A stretch of DNA of 32,000 bases from the NCBI GenBank assembly GCA_021498095.1, contig JAIZWK010000001.1, positions 1,350,001-1,382,000 on the forward strand, given 5' to 3'. Made by a program: the position numbers and the translations under genes. The notes beneath the pieces are model-generated. The model was not told where the DNA came from and searched no databases. It saw only the letters and a list, made by a program, of their open reading frames with translations. The stretch is from Candidatus Harpocratesius repetitus (GTDB taxonomy: Archaea; Asgardarchaeota; Lokiarchaeia; Sigyniarchaeales; Promethearchaeaceae). Numbering within the stretch: position 1 is the stretch's first letter; each line of letters starts with the position of its first letter. Shown one piece after another: positions 18,315 to 26,675 of the stretch.

Positions 18315-19352
18315 ATGAAAAGCCCCTTTGAGAAATTTTATCGAGTTTGGACTGCTCAGGAATTATTAGATTATGCGTTTTCAAAAGCATCGTCGAAAAC
18401 AGCGTCTCTCCCTAAAATGCTTCCAAATTTAGAGAAAGTTAAAAGAAAAGAAATTAAACGAATGGAAAATGCAGTTACTATTCTAATTGAAAAACTTTCT
18501 TTAATTATTAAATCTGTTCCAAATTTAGATGAACTTCCTGCCTTTTACCGGAAGTTGAGTCATCTTTTAGTAGATAATGATGAATTACGTAACGCTTTAG
18601 GAAGAATTAATGGTGTTATTCCTGTTTTAAAACGTTTATTTAAACAATATCGTCGTAAAATTGGTCAACAAATTAATCCAAAACAAGCTGGTCTTTCAAG
18701 AACGGAATTCTTTGGAAGATGTTCTTCAGTTGTAAGACAGATGGATTCTACTCTTCACTTTTTGGAAGAATGTAGGGTAAAATTGCATGATATTCCTCCT
18801 GTAGATTTGGAAATACCAAGTGTGGTGGTAGCAGGATATCCAAATGTTGGTAAATCAACTTTAGTTGGAAGGTTATCATCAGCAAAACCACAAGTTTCAG
18901 AATATCCATTCACAACAAAACAGATTTATTTAGGTTCTTATCGAGATGAATATGATTCAAAATTCTTTCAAGTTATTGATACTCCAGGAATCTTAGATCG
19001 ACCTATGAGTCAACGAAATACCATTGAAAAGCAGGCAATTTTAGCTTTAAATACTATAGCTTCTATAATACTATTCGTTTTTGATCCAACTCCCTCATCA
19101 GGCTATGAAGTTTCTAAACAGATAAATTTATATCACGAAATTCGGGAAAATTTTGCAGATGATTTTGAGATACCCTTAAAAATTGTAATTAATAAAATTG
19201 ATTTGGCTTCAGATAGTGAAATTCAAGATCTCCTCTCTCAATTACAATTATCTGAATCTGAAGTAACATTCATTAATGCAAAAGATGGAAAAAATGTCGA
19301 GGATCTAATTAACTACCTTCTTGAATTCATGAAAGAGCAATTACATCCATAA
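18315..19352 (+). CDS. Nog1-family (OBG class) GTPase, large ribosomal subunit biogenesis
   Basis: N-terminal helical domain, G1 GYPNVGKS, G2 YPFTT, G3 DTPGILDRP...RNTIEKQA, G4 NKID. Confidence 0.93.
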   Translation: MKSPFEKFYRVWTAQELLDYAFSKASSKTASLPKMLPNLEKVKRKEIKRMENAVTILIEKLSLIIKSVPNLDELPAFYRKLSHLLVDNDELRNALGRINGVIPVLKRLFKQYRRKIGQQINPKQAGLSRTEFFGRCSSVVRQMDSTLHFLEECRVKLHDIPPVDLEIPSVVVAGYPNVGKSTLVGRLSSAKPQVSEYPFTTKQIYLGSYRDEYDSKFFQVIDTPGILDRPMSQRNTIEKQAILALNTIASIILFVFDPTPSSGYEVSKQINLYHEIRENFADDFEIPLKIVINKIDLASDSEIQDLLSQLQLSESEVTFINAKDGKNVEDLINYLLEFMKEQLHP

Positions 19353-21263
19353 TTATTTTTTTATTTGATCAAATTTGAAAGAAAATTCGAATGTATCGCC
19401 ATAATTATGAAATTGGACTTTATATGGGAGAGTTTTGATAATATGAATCATTGGTTCATTATTTACAAGAATTTCCCCTATAAAACCTGCCACTCCTTTT
19501 TCTTGGGCAATGTCAATTAACTTCATAACCATAAAACGCGTTAATCCCTGTCTTCTCCACTTTTCATGTACTGTGAATGCTATTTCAGCTAAATTGGTAT
19601 TCCTATCTAAATAATAACTTCCTGCAGCGATCATTTGTGCATTTTCTTCATCACCAATTATTCCTACTAAAACAAATGTTGTTTCATAATCTACCACAAC
19701 TTTAGGTTGTGTTTCTTTATGGGGAAATACTTGTCTAGGTGCAAAGAATCGTAATATTCGATCGCTGTTGCTTAATTGATAATATAATTCTTGCAATAAA
19801 CGCTCATCTGTAGGTTTAATAGGTCGAAAGAAAACTTTCTTTTTGGATTTTGTAGTATACCAATATTCATACTTTTCAGGATAAATAATTACAACACCAT
19901 CTTGAGTTGTAGGTAGCATTTGATCTTCATATACATAGTGCATTTCTTTAGCTTTTTGCAAGAGTTCTTGCCTGAATTTTGGATGGGCGATACCAATCAT
20001 CTGAAGTACACGATCTCGAATTGATTTTCCATGTAAAAAGGCAACACCATATTCTGTTACCACATAATGAACATCACCACGAGGAATTACCACTCCCGCT
20101 CCAGGTTCTAAAGTCGCAACAATTCTTGATTTCTTACCATCTCGAGTTGTGCTTGGAAGGCAAATTATTGGTTTACCTCCTTTAGATAATGCAGCTCCTC
20201 TAGTAAAATCCGCTTGTCCTCCAATACCGCTGTAAAATTTGGGACCAACACTATCAGAATTTACTTGACCTGTCAATGAAACAGAAAGTGCTGCATTTAT
20301 AGAAACTTGTTTGGTATTTTGTGAAATATTAAAAAGATTATTAATAAATTCTGTTGAGTGAAATTCAATGAAAGGATTTTCATTAACAAAATCATATAAT
20401 TTGCGTGATCCCATAACAAAAGATGTCATTACATGTGGAAATTGGTTCTTACTACAGTTAACTACAGGAGATTCGATTAATGACATTGCTGAATCTGAAA
20501 GAACTTCGCTATAGATTGCCAGATCTTTTTTATTATCTAGGTATTTTAATACTGCATTGGGGATAGAACCGATTCCGAATTGCAATGTGGATCCATTTTC
20601 AATTATTCGAGCAACATACTTCCCGATTTTATCCGACCGCTCATCAATCGGGGGATATTCGAATTCGATTAAAGGGGAATTATAGAAAACAAAATGATGA
20701 AACTTTTTTATATGAACAAAAGAATCTCCCATAGTTCTCGGCATTTGTGGATTAATTTGAACAATCACGCATCTTGCTATTTCAATTATTGTACGATTTA
20801 TATCAACATTTATTCCCAATGAGCAAAAACCGAAGCGATCAGGTAGACTTACTTGCAAAAGTGCAATATCAACATGAATACGACGTTCTTTAAATTGTCG
20901 AGGAATATCACTTAAAGAAATGGGTACATAATCTACTTTACCTTGATTGACTGCTTCACGAATTTTGGGACCTATAAAAAGGGCTTGATGCCTAAATAAA
21001 CTGGGATTCTTTTCATCAAAAAATTTATTATCAGATAATGTTAAAAAGTGAATAATTTCACAATCAGTGAATCTCCATTTCTTTTTAACGAGTTGTGATG
21101 TTAGAATTTGAGGTTCAGAGCAACCCGATCCAATATATATGCGGGAACCTGGTTTAATGATTTTTGCTAAATCTTCTGGTACGATTTCGCGTTCTTTAAA
21201 TTTACTATACCACCGCCCTAGCAATTTCTCTTTTTCATTTTCTTTAAGTGATTCATTCATCAT
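19353..21263 (-). CDS. Acetyl-CoA hydrolase/CoA-transferase (4-hydroxybutyrate CoA-transferase-like) fused to a C-terminal GNAT domain
   Basis: GSGCSEP, LQFGIGSIPN, YSEV (catalytic Glu position), SGIGGQADFTRGA, VVTEYGVA; then RPIKPTD...LRFF...AEIAFTVHEKWRRQGL...NEPM (GNAT). Confidence 0.9.
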   Translation of the reverse strand: MMNESLKENEKEKLLGRWYSKFKEREIVPEDLAKIIKPGSRIYIGSGCSEPQILTSQLVKKKWRFTDCEIIHFLTLSDNKFFDEKNPSLFRHQALFIGPKIREAVNQGKVDYVPISLSDIPRQFKERRIHVDIALLQVSLPDRFGFCSLGINVDINRTIIEIARCVIVQINPQMPRTMGDSFVHIKKFHHFVFYNSPLIEFEYPPIDERSDKIGKYVARIIENGSTLQFGIGSIPNAVLKYLDNKKDLAIYSEVLSDSAMSLIESPVVNCSKNQFPHVMTSFVMGSRKLYDFVNENPFIEFHSTEFINNLFNISQNTKQVSINAALSVSLTGQVNSDSVGPKFYSGIGGQADFTRGAALSKGGKPIICLPSTTRDGKKSRIVATLEPGAGVVIPRGDVHYVVTEYGVAFLHGKSIRDRVLQMIGIAHPKFRQELLQKAKEMHYVYEDQMLPTTQDGVVIIYPEKYEYWYTTKSKKKVFFRPIKPTDERLLQELYYQLSNSDRILRFFAPRQVFPHKETQPKVVVDYETTFVLVGIIGDEENAQMIAAGSYYLDRNTNLAEIAFTVHEKWRRQGLTRFMVMKLIDIAQEKGVAGFIGEILVNNEPMIHIIKTLPYKVQFHNYGDTFEFSFKFDQIKK

Positions 21264-21382
21264 GTTACTTCACTTCATCTATTCATTTATCATTTACCTT
21301 TTATACTAAAATTGAAACCAAATGTTAAAAGGTGGATCGGAAATTATTTCAAAAAACAAACAATACTTAAAGGCGTGTTTTA

Positions 21383-21520
21383 ATGAATTCAAGTAGTGTG
21401 TCATCCAAACAAAACTATTTAATTTCTTTTATTATTTCAGTGATATTCTTAATGCTGATTGTTGGAACAACATTTTCATATAACATTATTCATTCTCGAA
21501 TTTCAAAGGATATATGTTAG
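21383..21520 (+). CDS. Putative small membrane peptide 1 (45 aa), below the ORF-track cutoff
   Basis: Translated by hand: MNSSSVSSKQNYLISFIISVIFLMLIVGTTFSYNIIHSRISKDIC*, one hydrophobic segment. Confidence 0.35.
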   Translation: MNSSSVSSKQNYLISFIISVIFLMLIVGTTFSYNIIHSRISKDIC

Positions 21521-21633
21521 TTGATGTTCAACCAACATCAATTGCTATTTTTATTTCTTCGTCTGCTTTTATTGCCATTTTTGGAGCTGCTATACTAATT
21601 CCAGTTAAAAAAATAAGAAAAAATAACAAATAA
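21514..21633 (+). CDS. Putative small membrane peptide 2 (39 aa), or frameshifted C-half of peptide 1
   Basis: Translated by hand: MLVDVQPTSIAIFISSSAFIAIFGAAILIPVKKIRKNNK*, a TM segment followed by a basic cytoplasmic anchor. Confidence 0.4.
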   Translation: MLVDVQPTSIAIFISSSAFIAIFGAAILIPVKKIRKNNK

Positions 21634-21829
21634 ACCATCTCAAAAATCTATCAACCTACCTGAAAAAATTGATATTCGTAGGAAAAGCAAATAATTTTCT
21701 TTTACATTGAATCCTCACATAAAATTTCTTCCCATTCTTTTCCCAAGCGCTGAGAAGAAAAGTGCAATCTTTTAATTTCTGCCGATGTTCTTCAACAATG
21801 ATCTAAGATATTTTGATCAAGTGATTCTT

Positions 21830-22936
21830 ATGCCGAATAAACATTTTAATCCTGATGGACTTGATTATAGACTTTTCACCCCTGGACCTGTTCAAGTTCC
21901 TGATTGGGTGCTAGAAGAAATGGGGAAACCCAATGATACTCACCGTTCTTTAGCTTATCGAGAAATGCATGCTGCAATTCGAGAAAACATGCAAAAAATC
22001 CTTCATACTCAAAATGATATATTATTATTTGCCAATTCAGGAACCGGTATTTTAGAAGCTTGTGTTCGAAATTTACTGGCAGATGATGAAACAGGCCTTT
22101 TCTTTTCTTGTGGAGCCTTTGGAGATCGTTGGATTCAAATTGCTGAATTGAATGGCAAGAAATTTGAAGCAGTTAAAGTTGAATGGGGAAAAGGAATTAC
22201 TCCTGAACTGGTTCAAGAAAAACTTGCTGAAAAAAAATATCCTGTAGTTTTTATTACATTCAATGAAACTTCAACTGGGGTATTAAACCCATTAGATAAA
22301 ATTGGACCAATCGTGCGTGATTCAGGTGCAATTTTATGTGTTGATTGTGTTTCAGGTATGGGCGGAACCTTATTGAAAGTAGATGAATGGGGAATTGATA
22401 TTGCCCTAGCTTCTGTTCAAAAATGTTTTGGAATTCCTCCTGGTTTGGCATTCTGTTCTATTTCAGAACGTGCTTTAGAAAAAGCAAAAACTGTGAAAAA
22501 TAGAGGTTTTTACCTTGATTTCTTAAAAATTCACAAGAAGGGCCTCCAAAATGAACACCCAATTACTCCATGTATCCCACAGATCCGTTCATTAAAGAAG
22601 GTTTCTGAAAAAATCGTAGAAATTACACCTGAAAAATTCGCTGAAGAACATTTTGAACGGACAGAATTGATTCGTAATTGGGCAAAAGAAAACGGCTTTG
22701 AAATCTTTAGTGAAGAAGGATATCATAGTCAAACTGTGGTTACTATTAAGAATAATCTTAATATTGATGTAGCAAAATTTGTTGATGAATTATTCGAACG
22801 AGGCTATAAAATAGTGAATGGCTATGGTTCAATGAAAGGTCAGAATTTTCGTATGGCTCCCATGGGTTGGATTACCTTAGATGAAACAAAAAAGATGTTA
22901 GAAGCAGCTTCTGAAGCTTTAAAGGTTGCTAAATAA
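21830..22936 (+). CDS. Class-V PLP aminotransferase (alanine-glyoxylate / archaeal phosphoserine aminotransferase-like)
   Basis: FTPGPV, HRS, SGTG..EA, NETSTGV, VDCVSG, ASVQKCFGIPPG (PLP Lys), FRMAPMG. ATG 21830 is preferred (GTGATT upstream); the track start at 21785 is possible. Confidence 0.9.
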   Translation: MPNKHFNPDGLDYRLFTPGPVQVPDWVLEEMGKPNDTHRSLAYREMHAAIRENMQKILHTQNDILLFANSGTGILEACVRNLLADDETGLFFSCGAFGDRWIQIAELNGKKFEAVKVEWGKGITPELVQEKLAEKKYPVVFITFNETSTGVLNPLDKIGPIVRDSGAILCVDCVSGMGGTLLKVDEWGIDIALASVQKCFGIPPGLAFCSISERALEKAKTVKNRGFYLDFLKIHKKGLQNEHPITPCIPQIRSLKKVSEKIVEITPEKFAEEHFERTELIRNWAKENGFEIFSEEGYHSQTVVTIKNNLNIDVAKFVDELFERGYKIVNGYGSMKGQNFRMAPMGWITLDETKKMLEAASEALKVAK

Positions 22937-22972
22937 AGAAGAAAAAAATCGTGAAAATTTAAGGTGAAGAAA

Positions 22973-23956
22973 ATGGAAACATACAAATGTTTAGTAGCTG
23001 ATAATTGTTCTGCAGAAGGTTTGAAAACTTTTGAGAAATATCCAAATATTGAAGTTGTAATAAACACAAAACATACTACAGAAGAATTAATTCAAATGAT
23101 CCCAGAATTTCATGCAATGATCGTCCGCAGTGCCACGAAAGTAACTCGTGAAGTAATAGAAGCGGCTAAAAATCTGAAAGTAATTTGTCGAGCTGGAGCA
23201 GGATATAATAATATAGATGTTGAAGCATGTAATGAAAAAGGGATTGCAGTTTTAATTACTCCAACTGGCAATACAAATGCTGTAGTAGAATTAACAATGG
23301 GTCTTATGTTGTCCTTTGCGCGACATATTCCAATTGCTAATGATTCTATGAAAGCAGGGCGTTGGGATAAAAAGAAGTTAAGTGGAACAGAAATCAAAGG
23401 CAAAACTTTAGGTGTTTTAGGAATTGGACGAATTGGTGCAGGTGTGGCAACTCGATGTAAAGTATTTGGTATGGATGTTATCGCGTTTGATAAGTATGTT
23501 ACCCAAGATCGCTTAAATGAAATGGGATTGGATTTTGTTACTCTATACGATGATCTAAATCAATTTTTAGCAAAAGTTGATTATCTTTCTTTGCATGTAC
23601 CAGTTACTTCTGAAACAAAAGGAATGCTTGCTGCAGCTCAATTCGAAATCATGAAAGACAGCGCAGTGATTATCAATTGTGCTCGAGGGGCTGTAATAAA
23701 CGAGAAAGATCTTTATGATGCGTTAGTTAATCATAAAATTGGAGGTGCTTGTATTGATGTTTATTCTAAAGAACCTGCCAAAAAAGAAGAGTTTCCTTTC
23801 ATCGAATTGGAAAATGTCATCTGCACTCCTCATTTAGGAGCCAGTACAAATGAAGCCCAAATAAATGTGGCATCTCTTGCAGCTGATCAAATTGGTCAAT
23901 TATTAAATGAAGGAAAATATATCGATTGTGTGAATTTAAAAGCTTTAAAAAAATAA
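22973..23956 (+). CDS. serA: D-3-phosphoglycerate dehydrogenase-like 2-hydroxyacid dehydrogenase, short form without ACT domain
   Basis: IVRSATKV, RAGAGYNNID, GKTLGVLGIGRIG, INCARG, DVY..EP, TPHLGAST.EAQ. AGGTGA lies upstream of the ATG at 22973. Confidence 0.85.
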   Translation: METYKCLVADNCSAEGLKTFEKYPNIEVVINTKHTTEELIQMIPEFHAMIVRSATKVTREVIEAAKNLKVICRAGAGYNNIDVEACNEKGIAVLITPTGNTNAVVELTMGLMLSFARHIPIANDSMKAGRWDKKKLSGTEIKGKTLGVLGIGRIGAGVATRCKVFGMDVIAFDKYVTQDRLNEMGLDFVTLYDDLNQFLAKVDYLSLHVPVTSETKGMLAAAQFEIMKDSAVIINCARGAVINEKDLYDALVNHKIGGACIDVYSKEPAKKEEFPFIELENVICTPHLGASTNEAQINVASLAADQIGQLLNEGKYIDCVNLKALKK

Positions 23957-23971
23957 ATTAACATAATTTTC

Positions 23972-24670
23972 TTATTTTTTATTCCCTTTTTTATTCAAAA
24001 GTATCCATAATTCAATTCCTTCTGCCAACATTGTGAAATTAATTGTATATACAACAATTTTTTGACTTACAACTTGAATTAATCGACCCGTTTCTGTTGA
24101 AGTCATTGGGCCGAAGAAAAGTAGGTAAATATAGCCTAAAATAATAATTGAGCATCCCATAAAATAGAATGCCATCTTTTTAGGTAATGCTGGATCATAA
24201 TAGAATCCAAAGATATACGTAATTGCGAGGGGAAATGAACTTGGAAATGCAATAAAAACAAAAATTAAATGAGCTTGAAGATATTGATCCCATGGAGTAA
24301 ATCCAATGCCAATGTAAGCTAAAGAGGCGATTATTCCAAAGAAACTACCTATCCAAAAATACAGCCGAGATCTTCGCGTTGAAGCCATTTCCATTGGAAT
24401 GTATATGAAAAAAGGAATTAACAAAATTCCAACTAAAATTACACTAAAACTGAATATAATGGATGAAATATAATTAGGTGTATTATGATAAGAAATCCAC
24501 ATCCCTAAATCGCTAAAGAAATTAAGTTGAAAATTATAACCATTTGCTTGAGGATTAACTCCATTTCCACCTGCATAAAAGAACATAGCAAATGTAGATA
24601 AAATCAAAAATATTACCGGTCCACCAATTGTTAGGCGTGCAACCCATTTTCCAACATTTTCTTCGTCCAT
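23972..24670 (-). CDS. Polytopic membrane protein, DUF998-like
   Basis: About six hydrophobic segments; GYNFQLNFFSDLG resembles the DUF998 (Y...SDLG) motif; His in HLIF. Confidence 0.7.
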   Translation of the reverse strand: MDEENVGKWVARLTIGGPVIFLILSTFAMFFYAGGNGVNPQANGYNFQLNFFSDLGMWISYHNTPNYISSIIFSFSVILVGILLIPFFIYIPMEMASTRRSRLYFWIGSFFGIIASLAYIGIGFTPWDQYLQAHLIFVFIAFPSSFPLAITYIFGFYYDPALPKKMAFYFMGCSIIILGYIYLLFFGPMTSTETGRLIQVVSQKIVVYTINFTMLAEGIELWILLNKKGNKK

Positions 24671-24755
24671 ATCTTAATCAATCTAAATTTCCAGAACATA
24701 ATTTTAAAAATTTATGATTTTCAAAATAATGGATGATAAAATGAGAATAATGTAA

Positions 24756-26606
24756 TTAATCTACTCCATATGCAGGAAGAAAAATGGTAAATTTAGTTCC
24801 ATGTAAAGGTTCAGATTTTACGGTGATTCTTCCTTGATGTTTACGTATTATTGATTGACAAATGGATAACCCTAAACCAGTTCCTTTTGTTTTTGTTGTA
24901 AAATAGGGATCAAATATTTTTCCTATAATATTTTGTTCTATTCCTTCCCCTTTATCTTGAACTGAAATCTGTACATACTTTGAATTTTTTAAAGAGTACG
25001 GATTATCTGGGGGGAGATAAATATTTTCTGCTCTTATTTGTATGGTTCCTCCCCATTTCATTGCTTGTATTGCATTTAATACTAAGTTTTGAATAACTTG
25101 ACTGATTTGTCCGGGATCTGCATAAATAGACCAAAGATCGGGTTGAAACTTAAATTTTAAAGCACATTTACTCCCATGTGAGACAAAATTTGCCGCATCT
25201 TTAATTATATGATTTAGATCAATTTCTTTTTTAGTCGGATTTGTTCCCTTAGAATACGTTAATAATTGCTGAGTTAAATTCGTCGCTTGGTTAATTGCTT
25301 TTTCTGCATCATTGATTAGATTCAAATAATATTTTACATCTTTTGAATTTGACTCTGTTTCTAATTTTAATAAAGAAAGGGCACCTAGTACTGCAGTAAG
25401 CATATTATTGAAATCATGAGCAATTCCACCAGCAAAAATACTTAGCGATTCTAATTTTTGGTTATGCATTCGTTCTTGCTCGAGGATTTTTAAGTATCTA
25501 AGATCACGAGCAACAGTTGAAATATATTCGATTTTTCCATTTGAATTTTTATGAGCCATAATTAATTGTGATACAGGTATTTCATTTCCCTTTCTGTCTA
25601 AAAATGCAGTCTCACCTTCCCAAACTCCATGTTTTAACGCTATCGGAATCCCTCTATTAAATATTAGATCATAAGCCCACTTCGGATGAAAATCGGTAGG
25701 ATTATACTTTTCTAATGATTCTGTTAAACCAATTCCTAATAATTTTCTTCCAGCAGGATTTACATAAATTATATTTTTCTTAGTGTTCGAAATTGAAATA
25801 AAATCTGGTGTTTGGGATATTATTCTCAGTAATCTATCACGTTCTGCTTTAATTTTTCGTTCTTTAGTAACATCACGAACCCAAGCATGCATTATTTCTT
25901 GTTCTTCATCTAAAACCAATCTACTTAAATAAACAATAGAATCAAATTCTTCACCTGTAATTCTTTTATGTCGCCATTCAAACAGATTTGAACCATTTTT
26001 AATCGCTTTTTGCATCATTCGCAATGCTTTCACTGATGATAAAGTTCCATCTGGTTGATATTCAGGTGATAAAGACCAAGGTGTCTGACCAACAAAATCA
26101 TCTCTGGTTTTAAAACCAAATAACTTAAGTGTGGCTTTATTACCTGATAAAAATCCAGATTTAGGATCTACAATCATAATTGCTTCATTAGAGTTGTTAA
26201 AAAGAGAAATATATGAATTTTCTGATGATTTTAATTTTTGCCTTAGTTTTAAATGAGAAGTTATTTCTCGTGCATTAAAAAGATAGAATATTTCTTGATT
26301 TTGCTCGAAAATTGATTTTAAAGTAGCTTCAAATATATGAGGGTTATTATCTTTTTCATATTCTAGTTGAAAATTATACTCTTTTCTTTCTTTTATTATC
26401 TTTTTATAATCTTGAAATTTTTCTTTAGAAAAATTACTTTTTTTAATAATAGGAGAATTCCATAAGGAATTACCGATTAATACATCTGAAGAAGTTTCTA
26501 GCCACTTTGCCCCAAATTTATTTATCTCATAAATATCTCCATTATTTTTTAAGAGAATTAGTATCTCATTAATACTTGAGAATATCTTATAAAATATATT
26601 TTTCAT
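24756..26606 (-). CDS. Soluble PAS-domain sensor histidine kinase (three PAS-like repeats, HisKA, HATPase), no receiver domain
   Basis: H-box AGGIAHDFNNML, N-box QVIQNLVLNAIQAM, G1 DKGEGI, F-box FDPYFTTK, G2 GTGLGL; PAS signatures YVNPAGRKLLG and GNKATLKLFG. SD-like GAAGGAG upstream. Confidence 0.93.
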   Translation of the reverse strand: MKNIFYKIFSSINEILILLKNNGDIYEINKFGAKWLETSSDVLIGNSLWNSPIIKKSNFSKEKFQDYKKIIKERKEYNFQLEYEKDNNPHIFEATLKSIFEQNQEIFYLFNAREITSHLKLRQKLKSSENSYISLFNNSNEAIMIVDPKSGFLSGNKATLKLFGFKTRDDFVGQTPWSLSPEYQPDGTLSSVKALRMMQKAIKNGSNLFEWRHKRITGEEFDSIVYLSRLVLDEEQEIMHAWVRDVTKERKIKAERDRLLRIISQTPDFISISNTKKNIIYVNPAGRKLLGIGLTESLEKYNPTDFHPKWAYDLIFNRGIPIALKHGVWEGETAFLDRKGNEIPVSQLIMAHKNSNGKIEYISTVARDLRYLKILEQERMHNQKLESLSIFAGGIAHDFNNMLTAVLGALSLLKLETESNSKDVKYYLNLINDAEKAINQATNLTQQLLTYSKGTNPTKKEIDLNHIIKDAANFVSHGSKCALKFKFQPDLWSIYADPGQISQVIQNLVLNAIQAMKWGGTIQIRAENIYLPPDNPYSLKNSKYVQISVQDKGEGIEQNIIGKIFDPYFTTKTKGTGLGLSICQSIIRKHQGRITVKSEPLHGTKFTIFLPAYGVD

Positions 26607-26674
26607 AATTATTCAACTCCTTCATTGTTTTTAATAAAATAATTATTCAACTCTTGCATTGTTTTTAATAAAAT
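26607..26674. repeat. Tandem duplication, 2 x 34 bp, 2 mismatches
   Basis: 26607-26640 AATTATTCAACTCCTTCATTGTTTTTAATAAAAT versus 26641-26674 AATTATTCAACTCTTGCATTGTTTTTAATAAAAT. Confidence 0.95.
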
Positions 26675-26675
26675 A

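Noticed and set aside
21634-21829. Structured ncRNA, riboswitch or SECIS upstream of the aminotransferase
   Set aside because: Only weak pairings were found (CCTAC/GTAGG, an AGCGCT palindrome), with no convincing stem or SECIS core; a covariance search would be needed.
15757-23956. Functional clustering of SepSecS with the serine biosynthesis genes
   Set aside because: They are several kb apart with unrelated and opposite-strand genes between, and Sep-tRNA is made by PSTK on Ser-tRNA rather than from free phosphoserine.
26607-26674. 34-bp repeat as a CRISPR array
   Set aside because: The copies are directly adjacent with no spacer, there are only two, and no cas genes are in the window.
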